Notes under the pieces: generated by a model
Seen by the model: the letters and a program-made list of their open reading frames with translations, nothing else
The model's database searches: none
Told to the model about the DNA's origin: nothing
Translations under genes and position numbers: made by a program
In this document: piece after piece, positions 29,181 through 39,021 of the stretch
Layout: every line of letters begins with the position of its first letter
Numbering within the stretch: the stretch's first letter is position 1
Assembly: GCA_965228735.1 (NCBI GenBank)
Contig: OZ245838.1
Span: 4,896,001-4,960,000, forward strand
Source: Planctomycetota bacterium
GTDB taxonomy: Bacteria > Planctomycetota > UBA1135 > UBA2386
Length of the DNA stretch: 64,000 nt
Direction: 5' to 3'

Positions 29181-31616
29181 ATGCGCTATCTGCTCTCCCT
29201 GACCGGCATGGTGGCCGGTCTCTCCGCCGCGGTTTCCGCCCAAGCTCCCGACGCGACGACGCCCGGCGCCCTGAGGCCGAGCTCCGTCGCGGAGATCGCG
29301 GACCATGACACCGACAGCACGGCGTCGCTCGTTGCCGTTCGGGACCTGCGGCCCGGCCTCGTGCCGCTGCACACGGCGCCCGACGATGCCGATGGCGGCG
29401 CGTATGGACTGTGGGCGGCGGGCAGGCAGTACAAGGTCTCGTTCCACGATGACCCGACCTTCATCCCGTATCTCGGTTCGAGCTATCCGAACAACCAGCC
29501 GCTGCGATGGACGACGGTGTCGATCCACGTTGGCGCGAACGTACTCATGCGGGCCGGTGATCGGCCCGAGCGGTTCCACACCGAGACGCGCTTCGAGTAC
29601 CGCTACGCGGGTGTGGTCGAGGCCTATGACGTTCTCGAGCACGGTTTGGAGCAGACGTTCGTGCTCGCGAAGCGCCCGGCCGTGGTCGGCGACCTCGTGG
29701 TCGAGGGGCGTTTCACGACGCAGCTGCGTGCCCTGGAGGAGTTCAGCAACCAGCACCGCGGCGTTGCGTTCGCGGACGACCAGGGCCGTGAGCTGATCCG
29801 CTACGGTGCCGCGACGGTGCTCGATGCGGCGGGGCGCCGACTGCCGATCGGCACGACGATCCAGGATCATCGCATCACGCTCACGGTGCCGGCTGCGTTC
29901 TTGGAGACCGCGACCTATCCGGTCACGCTCGATCCGTTGACGACGCCGGTGACGCTCGAGACGGGAGCGGAGATCCTGACCGTCGACGTCTGCCGCAACG
30001 ACCGCCAGAACAACGCGTGTGTGACGTTCTCGCGCGCTGCGTCCGCGACGGATGCCGACTGCTACGCGTGGAACGCACCGGATGACCTGTCCGCGCTCGG
30101 AACGCTCGTCTTCACGGACATCACGAGCTCGTGGTCTACGGACGAGACGACAACGGCCCACATCGGCACTGCCGCCGTCAACCGCTTCGTCGTCTGCATC
30201 GGTCGCAAGTTCAGCACGTCGTCCGGAGTGCGCGTCTGGAATCAGGACGCCATCGCACCGACCCTCTCGACTTCTGTGCAGGGCATCGCCACTGGCGGCA
30301 ACCACAACTGGAACGTCGATTGCGGCGGTATCGAGGCCTACAACCAGAGCGGCGCAGCTGCGAGCGGCGTCGAGGGCATCGTCGTATACCAGGTCGACGC
30401 CGGCGGCGCCGCCCTGGTCAACACGGACACCAGCAGCGTTCGCGCAGTGATTCTGACGGGCTCGGCGACGGGCGTAGCCCTGGGTCAGCCGATCGACGTC
30501 GGAAGCTCTGCTTCGAGCGACTACGACAAACCGTCCGTGACCAAGGTTTCGGCTGGTGCGGACGGCACGACCCCGGCCGACTGGGTCATCGGCTACCAGC
30601 AGTACAACCTCAACATCAACGGCGACGACTGGGATGCCGTCTGTCGCCGGGTCTTCGCCGATGGCACGTTCGACAGCCGGACGTGGATCCCGTCGATCAA
30701 CTCGGGCGCTCATCGCCTCGACGTGCAGGTCGAGGGTCAGCGCGGCCGCTACACGGTGCTCTACGGTCGGGTCGACGAGCAGGGGACTCTGACGAAGGTC
30801 ACCGGCTACCGCTCGAACCAGATCATGCGCGAGCGCTTCGATTATCCCGTCGGTGGATTCATCACGAAGCAGACGGCCAACGAAGCCTCGCTGAATCAGT
30901 CCAGCCGCACGTTGCGCTCCTACGATCTCGCGTACGATACGGACAACGATTCGGTCTGGTGCACGATGTGGGGTGCGCCGGGCGGCTCCGGGCGGATCTT
31001 CGTCGAGCGTTGCGGCTACTCCGGTGCCTCGCTCGGAGCCGAGCGAATCTTTCCCGTTTCGGGCACGGCCCTGCCGCGGTCCGGAATCGCGTTCAACGAC
31101 GACCAGAACGAGTTTCTCATGGCCTTCGGTCAGCAGAACGGCGATCTCGAGTCGGCGCGGATGGAGTATCCGGCGGAAGTGCCGCCCTCGTACAGCCCAC
31201 CGAGTTGCAGCACGGCACAGCTCAGTTGGGTGCTGCGCGACGCCAACGGCACCACGATCAGCAACTCGAACCAGAACCAGCAGATCGGCAGCGAGTTCGG
31301 GCATGTCCGCGTCACCGGTGGCCACGCGAACGCGCTGCACTTCGTCGTCGTGACGATCGGTCCGGGCGGAACGACCACGCTGCCGCAGGGCCCGCCGTTC
31401 TACCCGGCGAACGCCGGCTGCACGCAGTATGTCCCCGCCAGCGGTCCTTCCTACCTCGGCGTGCTGCCGATCGGCATCGGACCGACCGCCGAATGGAAGC
31501 TGTCGCTGCCCGAGTGGCTGGGCAACTTCGAGTTGCACTTCCAGGACGTCCACACGGACGTGAGCGGCACGCTGCTGAACTCGACCACGCGCTTGACCGT
31601 GCCCTTCGTCAAGTAG
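29181..31616 (+). CDS. Large secreted beta-rich protein with shared C-terminal domain
   Basis: Signal peptide (MRYLLSLTG..SAQA); N-domain with GLEQTF..YPVTLDP; beta-rich repeats. Confidence 0.8.
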   Translation: MRYLLSLTGMVAGLSAAVSAQAPDATTPGALRPSSVAEIADHDTDSTASLVAVRDLRPGLVPLHTAPDDADGGAYGLWAAGRQYKVSFHDDPTFIPYLGSSYPNNQPLRWTTVSIHVGANVLMRAGDRPERFHTETRFEYRYAGVVEAYDVLEHGLEQTFVLAKRPAVVGDLVVEGRFTTQLRALEEFSNQHRGVAFADDQGRELIRYGAATVLDAAGRRLPIGTTIQDHRITLTVPAAFLETATYPVTLDPLTTPVTLETGAEILTVDVCRNDRQNNACVTFSRAASATDADCYAWNAPDDLSALGTLVFTDITSSWSTDETTTAHIGTAAVNRFVVCIGRKFSTSSGVRVWNQDAIAPTLSTSVQGIATGGNHNWNVDCGGIEAYNQSGAAASGVEGIVVYQVDAGGAALVNTDTSSVRAVILTGSATGVALGQPIDVGSSASSDYDKPSVTKVSAGADGTTPADWVIGYQQYNLNINGDDWDAVCRRVFADGTFDSRTWIPSINSGAHRLDVQVEGQRGRYTVLYGRVDEQGTLTKVTGYRSNQIMRERFDYPVGGFITKQTANEASLNQSSRTLRSYDLAYDTDNDSVWCTMWGAPGGSGRIFVERCGYSGASLGAERIFPVSGTALPRSGIAFNDDQNEFLMAFGQQNGDLESARMEYPAEVPPSYSPPSCSTAQLSWVLRDANGTTISNSNQNQQIGSEFGHVRVTGGHANALHFVVVTIGPGGTTTLPQGPPFYPANAGCTQYVPASGPSYLGVLPIGIGPTAEWKLSLPEWLGNFELHFQDVHTDVSGTLLNSTTRLTVPFVK

Positions 31617-31736
31617 GGGCAGGATGGAGGCTCACGCAGCCGGCGCCGATGGACGCGGTTGCGTGAACCTGTTCCCGAGAGGAGCAGCGCGAGGTCCGAA
31701 ACGAACCGATGAACACGGCGGTGGCCAGGCGCCTAG

Positions 31737-32170
31737 GCTGCGATCGCGGCGCGAGTCAACGCATGGGCCGAGGCCGCAGGGAGGGTGTTCGAGCACGACG
31801 CGTTCGACGAGTTTGCCGCGAAGGGCCTGGCGTGGGGGCGCGAGGAATCCCGGACGGCGGAGAAGCGACTCGGGGATGTCGCTCGGCTCGCCTCGCAGAT
31901 GCGCGCGCACCGGTTCTCGGCGGTCATCGCGAAGGACCGCGAGATCGAAGCGGACGCCCGCGCGATCGGCGACCCGATCGTCACGATGAACGCGTTGGCG
32001 CAGCGGGGCATGGCCCATCAATCGATGCTCATCGAGGGCAGGAAGCGAGGCGATGCCGACGGTGGCGCCGACCGGCGCGCAGCTGAGGCCTGCTTCCGCG
32101 AACTCCGGGAGCTCACGGAGCGTTTCGGGGAACTGGACCTGCGCGACAACGCGCTCGCCCTTCGCGCGGT
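31737..32170 (+). pseudogene. Probable fragment of a helical/TPR-like gene
   Basis: Protein-like frame (..VFEHDAFDEFAAKGLAWG..AAEACFRELREL) after an in-frame TAG; runs into the sulP 3' end. Confidence 0.35.
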
Positions 32171-33838
32171 CTACGGAGTCGCCGCCTGCGCCCGGAAGCG
32201 CTCACGCACGATGTTGACGGCGCGCCCGAAGTCCGCCACGACGTCGGCCTCGGGGATCGTGTTCGGGATCGCGCCGACGCGGCGCATCAGGCCGAGCGGC
32301 TGGCTCTGCAGGCCGGTGATCAAGACCGTGAACCCGCGGCTCTGCAGTAGACGGATTGCCTCTTGGAGCGCGTAGAGCCCGCTCTGGTCGACGAAGGGCA
32401 CCCGCTTCATGCGCAGGATCAAGAAGCGCGCGTCAGGCAGCTGCGCGAAGCCGTCCTGGAGCTTGGACGCGAAGCCGAAGAACAGCGGTCCGGTCAGCCG
32501 CTTCACGATGACCAGGTCCGCGATCTCCGCCGGCAGTTGCTCGTCCGGCCACCTGTGATCGTCCTGGTACGTCCGCATCGACCCGACTTCGACCCCCTGC
32601 TCGACGATTTCGCTCATCCGCTTCATGAACAGCACGCAGGCGATGACCATGCCGACGCCGACGGCGACGAGCAGGCTCGAGAACACCGTGATGAGCAGCA
32701 CGACCAGCATCACGGCCGCGTCCGAGCGCGGCACCTTGTTGACGTGCAGCATGCCGTGGTAGTCGAGGATGCCGATGCCGACGGTGATCAGGATGCCGGC
32801 GAGCACGGGCTTCGGGATGAAGGCCGCGTAGGCGCCGGCGCCGAGCAGCACGGCGAGCAGCAGCAGCGAGTGGATCGCGCCGGACAGCCGAGTCTTGCCG
32901 CCTGCGTTGACGTTGACGATCGTACGCATCGTGGCGCCCGCGCCCGGCAGCGCCGCGAACATGCCCGAGATCGAGTTGCCGATGCCCTGCCCGATCAGCT
33001 CACGGCGGCCGTCGTGCTGCGACTTCGTCAGGTTGTCCGCCACGACCGACGTGAGCAACGAGTCGATCGCGCCGAGCGCGGCCAGCGTCGCCGCGTAGCG
33101 GGCGATGACCGGCAGCAGTTCGGGGTCGACGTCGAACAGGCCGGTCGCGCGCAGCTCCGGGAACCCGCGCGGGATGTCACCGATGACCGGCACGTCAATG
33201 CCGCTCACCGCGCTCACGACGGTGAGCGCGAGCAGCGCGACCAGCGCGCTCGGGACGGCCTTCGTCAGCCGGGGGACCGTGTAGATGATGGCGATCGTCG
33301 CCAGCGTGAGCGCCAGCGCGGCGACGTTCGCGCCGGCCGGCAGCCCCCCGAACCCGCGCAGCACACCGACCGTGCCGCCTTCGGGGTTGGGCATGCCGAC
33401 GCCCGGGAACAGCTGCAGCAGGATGATGATCACCCCAATGCCGCTCATGAAGCCGGACACCACCGGATAGGGGATGAACTTGATCAGCGAGCCGATGCCG
33501 GCGAGCCCCATGCCGATCTGGATCAGCCCCGCGAGCACGAACGTCGCGACCAGCGCCGGCATCGCGGCTTCGAGGCCGCCCGTCGCCTCGGCGAGTTCCT
33601 TGACCGCGATCACCGTGACGACGGTCATCGGCCCGGTCGGTCCGCTGATCTGGACCGGCGTGCCGCCGAGGACCGCCGCGAAGAAGCCGATGAAGATGGC
33701 GCCGTAGAGACCGTACTGCGCGCCCATCCCGGACTGCACCCCGAACGCGAGCGCGAGCGGGAGCGCGACGATGCCGGCGGTGATGCCGCCGAAGACGTCG
33801 CCGCGCACCGTCGAGGCGTTCTCTCTGGTGTTGTTCAT
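32171..33838 (-). CDS. SulP/SLC26 anion transporter (BicA-like) with STAS domain
   Basis: GDVFGGITAGIVALPLALAFG, ISGPTGPM, ELIGQG, GAGATMRT; STAS GPLFFG..DQSG. Confidence 0.95.
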   Translation of the reverse strand: MNNTRENASTVRGDVFGGITAGIVALPLALAFGVQSGMGAQYGLYGAIFIGFFAAVLGGTPVQISGPTGPMTVVTVIAVKELAEATGGLEAAMPALVATFVLAGLIQIGMGLAGIGSLIKFIPYPVVSGFMSGIGVIIILLQLFPGVGMPNPEGGTVGVLRGFGGLPAGANVAALALTLATIAIIYTVPRLTKAVPSALVALLALTVVSAVSGIDVPVIGDIPRGFPELRATGLFDVDPELLPVIARYAATLAALGAIDSLLTSVVADNLTKSQHDGRRELIGQGIGNSISGMFAALPGAGATMRTIVNVNAGGKTRLSGAIHSLLLLAVLLGAGAYAAFIPKPVLAGILITVGIGILDYHGMLHVNKVPRSDAAVMLVVLLITVFSSLLVAVGVGMVIACVLFMKRMSEIVEQGVEVGSMRTYQDDHRWPDEQLPAEIADLVIVKRLTGPLFFGFASKLQDGFAQLPDARFLILRMKRVPFVDQSGLYALQEAIRLLQSRGFTVLITGLQSQPLGLMRRVGAIPNTIPEADVVADFGRAVNIVRERFRAQAATP

Positions 33839-34099
33839 CGGCGGGCGCCCGCGAGGAGACCGGCTCGGCTGCGTGCAGTCAAGCGACGCTTGTTCGTCGA
33901 TAGGCCACCAGCGCGAACGCGGGGCGATGCCGTCGGACCGGCGAGCGTGTGTCTTCCGCGGCGACCGCGACAGGCACGGTCAGCGCCCCGCCGGGTCGCG
34001 GGTTCACGACCGCGATGCCGCTCACGAGCAACAGGACGCAGGATCAAGGACTATGACCCGGCTCTTCGGAATCCACGCCGCTCCAGGCATCTGGTTGTC

Positions 34100-34186
34100 G
34101 TGAACGCGGCGCATCTTCCCCCGGCGGACCTGCAGGCCCTGCTCGAGAACGTCAGCTGGCTTCGCCGCCTGGCGCGGCGGCTGTGA
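34100..34186 (+). pseudogene. Truncated N-terminus of an ECF sigma factor
   Basis: VNAAHLPPADLQALLENVSWLRRLARRL* resembles an ECF region 2.1 start; 28 codons then stop. Confidence 0.55.
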
Positions 34187-34219
34187 GCCGCGCTGAAGGG
34201 ATGTCGGCCCGCTCTCTTC

Positions 34220-37200
34220 TCACTTCGACTCGACCTGCGGCACGTCGATCGTCGTCGGCGCCTCGACGTCCTCGCCGATCTCGATCCAGCCGTGGTAGCG
34301 CAGGCCGTCCTCGGTGTGCGCCTCGACCTGGTAGCGGCCGAAGGCGAACACGTCGCGCACGTACCAGTAGCGGAAGCCGCGCAGGTCCGGGTAGAGCCGC
34401 GTGACGTCCTGCTGCAGCACGATCGAGTCGTCGACGGCTCGGATCGTGACGCGGAGCGGGGTGGTCGCGTCGGGGCGTTCCTTGCCGTCACCGTTGAACG
34501 TGATCTTGCGCGTGCGGCCGATCTTCAGCTCGAGGCGCACCCGCGTCTCGCGGTTCGCCTCCAGCGTGACCTGCTGCGGCGCTGCGATCACGTCGGTCGC
34601 GTTCACCGCGAGTTCGTAGGTGCCGGGTGGGGCCTTCACGGTCAGCCCACCGCTCGCGAACGAGTGCACGGTCGGCACCGAGTTGCCGTCCTGGTCTTTC
34701 AGCAGGATCCCGACCGGCTCGGCGGTCCACGGTCGTCCGGCCGCATCGAGCAGCTCCGGGACGAGCGTGCCCGTGGCGGGCAACACGATGTCACCGCAGT
34801 CGTGCTGTGGCGTGAGCGTCAGATCGATCGGCTCGCCGAGCTGCGCGCGGTTGCCGCCGGCCAGGTGCTGGAGCGTCCAGGTCGCCGCAACGAGGTCGGT
34901 GAACGCGAAACTCCCGTCGGCTGCCGTGTCCGTGCGGCGCGAGCCGCCGCGGCCGCGCCGGAGCAGCATCCGTCGACCGGCGACGGGCAGCCCGTCGGCC
35001 GTGAGCAGGCGACCGCGAATCGAGGCTCGCGGCATGTCGCGCTCGAGGACCTGCAGCTCGACCGTCGCGCCGGCGCGAACGTTGGCCTGGCTGGCTGCTG
35101 CGACGCGCCCGTCATCGGGCCGGGTGGAGATCGTGATCACCGCGTTCGGCGCGACGGGCAGCGCGAACGTCCCGTTCGTGGGCGTGATCGTCGTGGTCTG
35201 CTCCGCGTCGTCGGCTTCGGCAGTGACGCGCCAGCCTGCGAGCGGCTCGCCCGTCGGGCCCACGACCCGTCCCCGAACGAACCGATCCGGATCCAGCACG
35301 AAGTCACAGTGCACGACGCCGGACTCCGCCTCGTCGATCTCACGCGACGCGACGTCGGCGCCGCCGGTGCTGACCACGACCACGAACGGTCGGCGTGGCT
35401 GGTAGCCGAGGAAGAACGTCCCATCGGGGCGCACCCCGCACTGGCTGAAGTGGCCGTTCGTTTCGAGGTCGGGCCGCGACTCGACACCGGCCCGAATCGG
35501 CGACCCGTCGTTGTGGCGCACGGTGCCGACGACGACGACGCCGTCCTTCAACTCGAAGTCGACCGCCCTGGTCTGGCCGGCCGATAGTTCGAGTTTGGTG
35601 AACGCCGAGCACAGTGGTGGTGCCCATGCCGTGAGGTTCTGTTGTCCCGGCGCGAGCCCATCGAAGCGATAGCGGCCGGCCATGTCCGTGCGAACGAGTC
35701 GCCGCACGCGGCCGGCGAGGAGCGTGCCGTCCGCCATGCGCCGGCTGTCGCGTTCGCCGGTCTGCACGGTGACGAGAGCGTCGGCGATCGGCGTTCCCGC
35801 GGCGCCGCGGACGACCCCGGTGATCTTGGCCTCACCGGGCACGAGGACGAGTCGAAGCTCGTTCCGCGCGTTGTTCACGTAGCGCCCGCGCGATTCGCCG
35901 TAGCCACTGCGGTTCGCCGAGACGATCTGCTCTCTGAAGTCGACCGTTGCGATCTCGAAGCGGCCGTCGTCACCACTGACACCGGCGCGCCGACTGGTCA
36001 GTTCGTTCGGCTCCGGGATCATGAACCGACCCAGGCCGCTGCTCCGCTGGAGCCGGATGTCGGCGCCCGGAACGGGGTTGCCACTGTGATCGACGACGAC
36101 TCCGCGCAGCAGCTTGCGCACGGGTTTGCGGAACTCGAGGATCGCCTCTTCGCCGGCCGGCACCGTGACGGTACGGCGGTCGACAGCCGTGGCCGGCACG
36201 CACGCGTTCCAGGTGCCCGGCGCGAGCCCTGCCAGCGCCAGCTCACCGTTGCGATCGGTGCGCAACCTTCGGGTTCCCGCGTCGATCGGCTCGAACTGGG
36301 CCTCGCCGCGCCAGACGACGACGAACGTGCCGGGCAACGGCAGCTCGCGGCCTTCGGCGGTCGCAGTGATCGTTCGGATCCGCAGCGCCCCGTTCGCCGC
36401 CGTGCGATCGCCCGTGAGCTCGGTCACGTCATCGTCGTTCGTCGGCTCGATGGTCTGACCGATCGACGATCCAACCGCGGCGGTCGCGCGTTCGTCGCTC
36501 ATGCCGGCCGCCGGTTGCGGCGGAACTGGCGGCGAGAGCGCCTGCCACGCGACGAAGCAGCACAGGACGACGGCGGCCCAGACGATTCCCTTCTTCATGG
36601 CGAGATACGCTCCCACGTTGCTCGAGACGGTCGCGACGGCGGCAGCGGTCGTGCCGGCCAAGGCCGCAGCGGCGGCGTGTTCTCTTCCTGCCTGCATCAC
36701 CGCCGCGCGAACGACCCCGAGGCCAGAGGCCTGCAGGTTCGCGGCGATCACGCCGGCCAGGCTCGCGGGCAGCAGGCGGCGCAGCGCGCGCAGGCCGCGG
36801 TGGAGCCGCATTCGCACGGTCCCCGCCGGCACCCCGAGCGCTTCGGCGATCTCGGCAGGCGCGAGGCCGTGTTGCAACTGCATGAGCAGCGCCTGCCGCT
36901 GCTCGGCCGGCAGTTCGTCGACGTGCGTGCGCAGATGCGCGACGAGGTCGCGGCGCGTCGCCTCGTCGAGCGGTCCGACGCCGTCCGTGGCGAGATTGGG
37001 CAGCTCGGTCGTTGGCCGGCGCCGCGCTTGTCGCCGCACGTTGCGCGCGACGTTGGTCAGGATGCCGGCGAGCCACGGCTCGAGTCGCTGGTCGGCATCG
37101 AACGTGTCGGCGCGCTCGATCGCGATCAGGAACGTCTGCTGGACCGCGTCCTCGGCGTCGCCGGGATCGCCACACAGGTGCAACGCGACCGGCAGGAGCC

Positions 37201-37288
37201 GCGGCGCGAGGGTGTCGAACACCGTGCCCAACGCGTCCAGGTCACCGCGGGCCCGGAAGCGCGCGAAGAGCTCGGCGGATGGGTCCAT
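34220..37288 (-). CDS. ECF sigma factor fused to TM and carboxypeptidase-regulatory-like (Ig-fold) repeats
   Basis: DAEDAVQQTF and AEIAEALGVPAGTVRMRLHRG; Ala-rich linker; TM; repeated GxVxxxxGxPxxGAxV..TxxDGxF units. Confidence 0.9.
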   Translation of the reverse strand: MDPSAELFARFRARGDLDALGTVFDTLAPRLLPVALHLCGDPGDAEDAVQQTFLIAIERADTFDADQRLEPWLAGILTNVARNVRRQARRRPTTELPNLATDGVGPLDEATRRDLVAHLRTHVDELPAEQRQALLMQLQHGLAPAEIAEALGVPAGTVRMRLHRGLRALRRLLPASLAGVIAANLQASGLGVVRAAVMQAGREHAAAAALAGTTAAAVATVSSNVGAYLAMKKGIVWAAVVLCCFVAWQALSPPVPPQPAAGMSDERATAAVGSSIGQTIEPTNDDDVTELTGDRTAANGALRIRTITATAEGRELPLPGTFVVVWRGEAQFEPIDAGTRRLRTDRNGELALAGLAPGTWNACVPATAVDRRTVTVPAGEEAILEFRKPVRKLLRGVVVDHSGNPVPGADIRLQRSSGLGRFMIPEPNELTSRRAGVSGDDGRFEIATVDFREQIVSANRSGYGESRGRYVNNARNELRLVLVPGEAKITGVVRGAAGTPIADALVTVQTGERDSRRMADGTLLAGRVRRLVRTDMAGRYRFDGLAPGQQNLTAWAPPLCSAFTKLELSAGQTRAVDFELKDGVVVVGTVRHNDGSPIRAGVESRPDLETNGHFSQCGVRPDGTFFLGYQPRRPFVVVVSTGGADVASREIDEAESGVVHCDFVLDPDRFVRGRVVGPTGEPLAGWRVTAEADDAEQTTTITPTNGTFALPVAPNAVITISTRPDDGRVAAASQANVRAGATVELQVLERDMPRASIRGRLLTADGLPVAGRRMLLRRGRGGSRRTDTAADGSFAFTDLVAATWTLQHLAGGNRAQLGEPIDLTLTPQHDCGDIVLPATGTLVPELLDAAGRPWTAEPVGILLKDQDGNSVPTVHSFASGGLTVKAPPGTYELAVNATDVIAAPQQVTLEANRETRVRLELKIGRTRKITFNGDGKERPDATTPLRVTIRAVDDSIVLQQDVTRLYPDLRGFRYWYVRDVFAFGRYQVEAHTEDGLRYHGWIEIGEDVEAPTTIDVPQVESK

Positions 37289-37492
37289 ACGCCCATCCTT
37301 GTCCGCATCGCGCGGCGCGTCACCGGGTCCGCGAAGAAAACCGGATGGGCGTTGCGGTTCAAAGGGCTGGCAGGAGCGAACCCGGAATCGAGCGAAACCA
37401 CGTTACCGGATCAACGTGGCGGCACCTTGATCAGAGGCGGGTGGGTCGACTTCCGGCCTGCCGCCGCAACCCTTTGCCAACAAGGAACTGAC

Positions 37493-38134
37493 ATGAATGC
37501 CATCCTGAGTCTTTCGGCCTGTGCCCTGACCGGATCGCTCGCATTCGTCGCCGATTCGTCGAGTGTGCCGGTGAGCACCCCCAGCCCGGTCGTCTACGTC
37601 CAACTCCAGGACCCTGAGAACGTCGAGCCGTTGCTCGAGTGCCACTGCGTGGCGTCTACGAAAGCAATGACCGGTTCGGACACCGTGATCGAGTGTTCTG
37701 GAGAAGGAGCCACCAACGGCTCGCTCTTCATCACGAGCCCGGTGCCGGCGACGAACGCTCCGTGCGATGTCGCGAACGGTCAGTGCGCGACCAAGGAAGG
37801 GAGCAAGTGTCGTGCCACGGTCAAGGCCACGGTGCTCTGGCCATCCGGTTGCTGCGGATCCGTGGCCGTGATCGGGCCGACGATCGGCACGACGGCGCAG
37901 CCTTGTCAGGAAGTGCCGAACGGGACCGATCTGGAGCAGGTCTGGGACCTCGAGGCGACCTGCGACGCGAACGGCGATCACAAGGACCAGAGCGCCGATT
38001 GGTTCAAGCTCTGGTGCGGCGGGGCGTGCGTCCAGGGCACCACCGGGAATCCCCCCACGAGCACGCCGCCGAATGGACCTCCCACGGCGAAGTACGCGCC
38101 CGAGCTCACCTGCAAGAAGTGCAGCACGAAATGA
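37493..38134 (+). CDS. Cysteine-rich secreted protein
   Basis: AAGGA RBS, signal-like N-terminus, 14 Cys after the leader in 213 aa. Confidence 0.75.
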   Translation: MNAILSLSACALTGSLAFVADSSSVPVSTPSPVVYVQLQDPENVEPLLECHCVASTKAMTGSDTVIECSGEGATNGSLFITSPVPATNAPCDVANGQCATKEGSKCRATVKATVLWPSGCCGSVAVIGPTIGTTAQPCQEVPNGTDLEQVWDLEATCDANGDHKDQSADWFKLWCGGACVQGTTGNPPTSTPPNGPPTAKYAPELTCKKCSTK

Positions 38135-38955
38135 ACACTCCCAAGATCGTGATTCTCGCGGTCGCCGGTGCGTTGGTGGTCACCCTCGTGGTGACCGCCA
38201 CGGGCCGAACTCCGCCACCCGAGAGTTCGCCGCCCGTGAACTCACCCCCCGTGATCTCGTTGGCGACAACGCAGCCGAGGACCGCGCTTGCTGAATCGGG
38301 CCCGGGCCTCGTGCGGATCGTCGCGACGATGCCCCGCTCGGAGAGCGACGAGTCGACGGACGTGCGCTCCGCGCCGGTGCTGGTCGACGTCGCGCACCTG
38401 GGTCCGCTCGCTGAGTCGGAGGTCGCGGCGCTCATGTCTTCTTGCGAACGGTATCGCGAGCTACGTCGGCGCCAGTTCGCCGAGCGCGATGTCGAGGCGA
38501 CGGATTCGGGCGATCTGCTGCGCGAGGCGGAGATGCACTACGAGTCGGCACTCGCCGACTGCGCGATCGAGGCCGTCGCCAATGGCAGCTACGTCGTGCT
38601 GGCGCAGAGCGAGCCGGCGCCGCTCACGTTGCCCGGCGCCGAGGTGCTCACGACCGGGACGATGCGGAACGGCGAGGCCGTGAACGTCTGCATCGTCGTA
38701 ACGCACGACGCCTACCCGCGCGTTCGCGAGGCGAAGAACTACGTCGGTGACATGCTGTACTTCGACGACTCCGAGAAGGCGCGCAGGTTCAACGCATTGC
38801 CGGACGACGATCGGTCGGCGTTGGCCGCGCGTGTTCGCGAGCTACGCAGTAAGCGGAACAAGACGAAAGTCGATCGCGAGTTCCTGCGCGCGACGATTGG
38901 CCTCCGAACTCGGCTGGTTGGCGCCGGCAACCTGCTCGTTGCATACGGCAAGTAG
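38131..38955 (+). CDS. Hypothetical N-terminally anchored protein
   Basis: ATGA overlap with the preceding gene; TM, Pro/Ser linker, then helical domain. Confidence 0.7.
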   Translation: MNTPKIVILAVAGALVVTLVVTATGRTPPPESSPPVNSPPVISLATTQPRTALAESGPGLVRIVATMPRSESDESTDVRSAPVLVDVAHLGPLAESEVAALMSSCERYRELRRRQFAERDVEATDSGDLLREAEMHYESALADCAIEAVANGSYVVLAQSEPAPLTLPGAEVLTTGTMRNGEAVNVCIVVTHDAYPRVREAKNYVGDMLYFDDSEKARRFNALPDDDRSALAARVRELRSKRNKTKVDREFLRATIGLRTRLVGAGNLLVAYGK

Positions 38956-39021
38956 TGGCCGCGGGGCCTGGCCCGCTTCGCTGCGCCCCGGGCGGGCTGG
39001 GACTCGTTTCGGAGGCCGGAC

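Noticed and set aside
38960..38993. REP-like hairpin CGGGGC..GCTTCGCT..GCCCCG at the right edge of the accessory region
   Set aside because: Short GC-rich stem seen once; it cannot be distinguished from chance or an ordinary terminator
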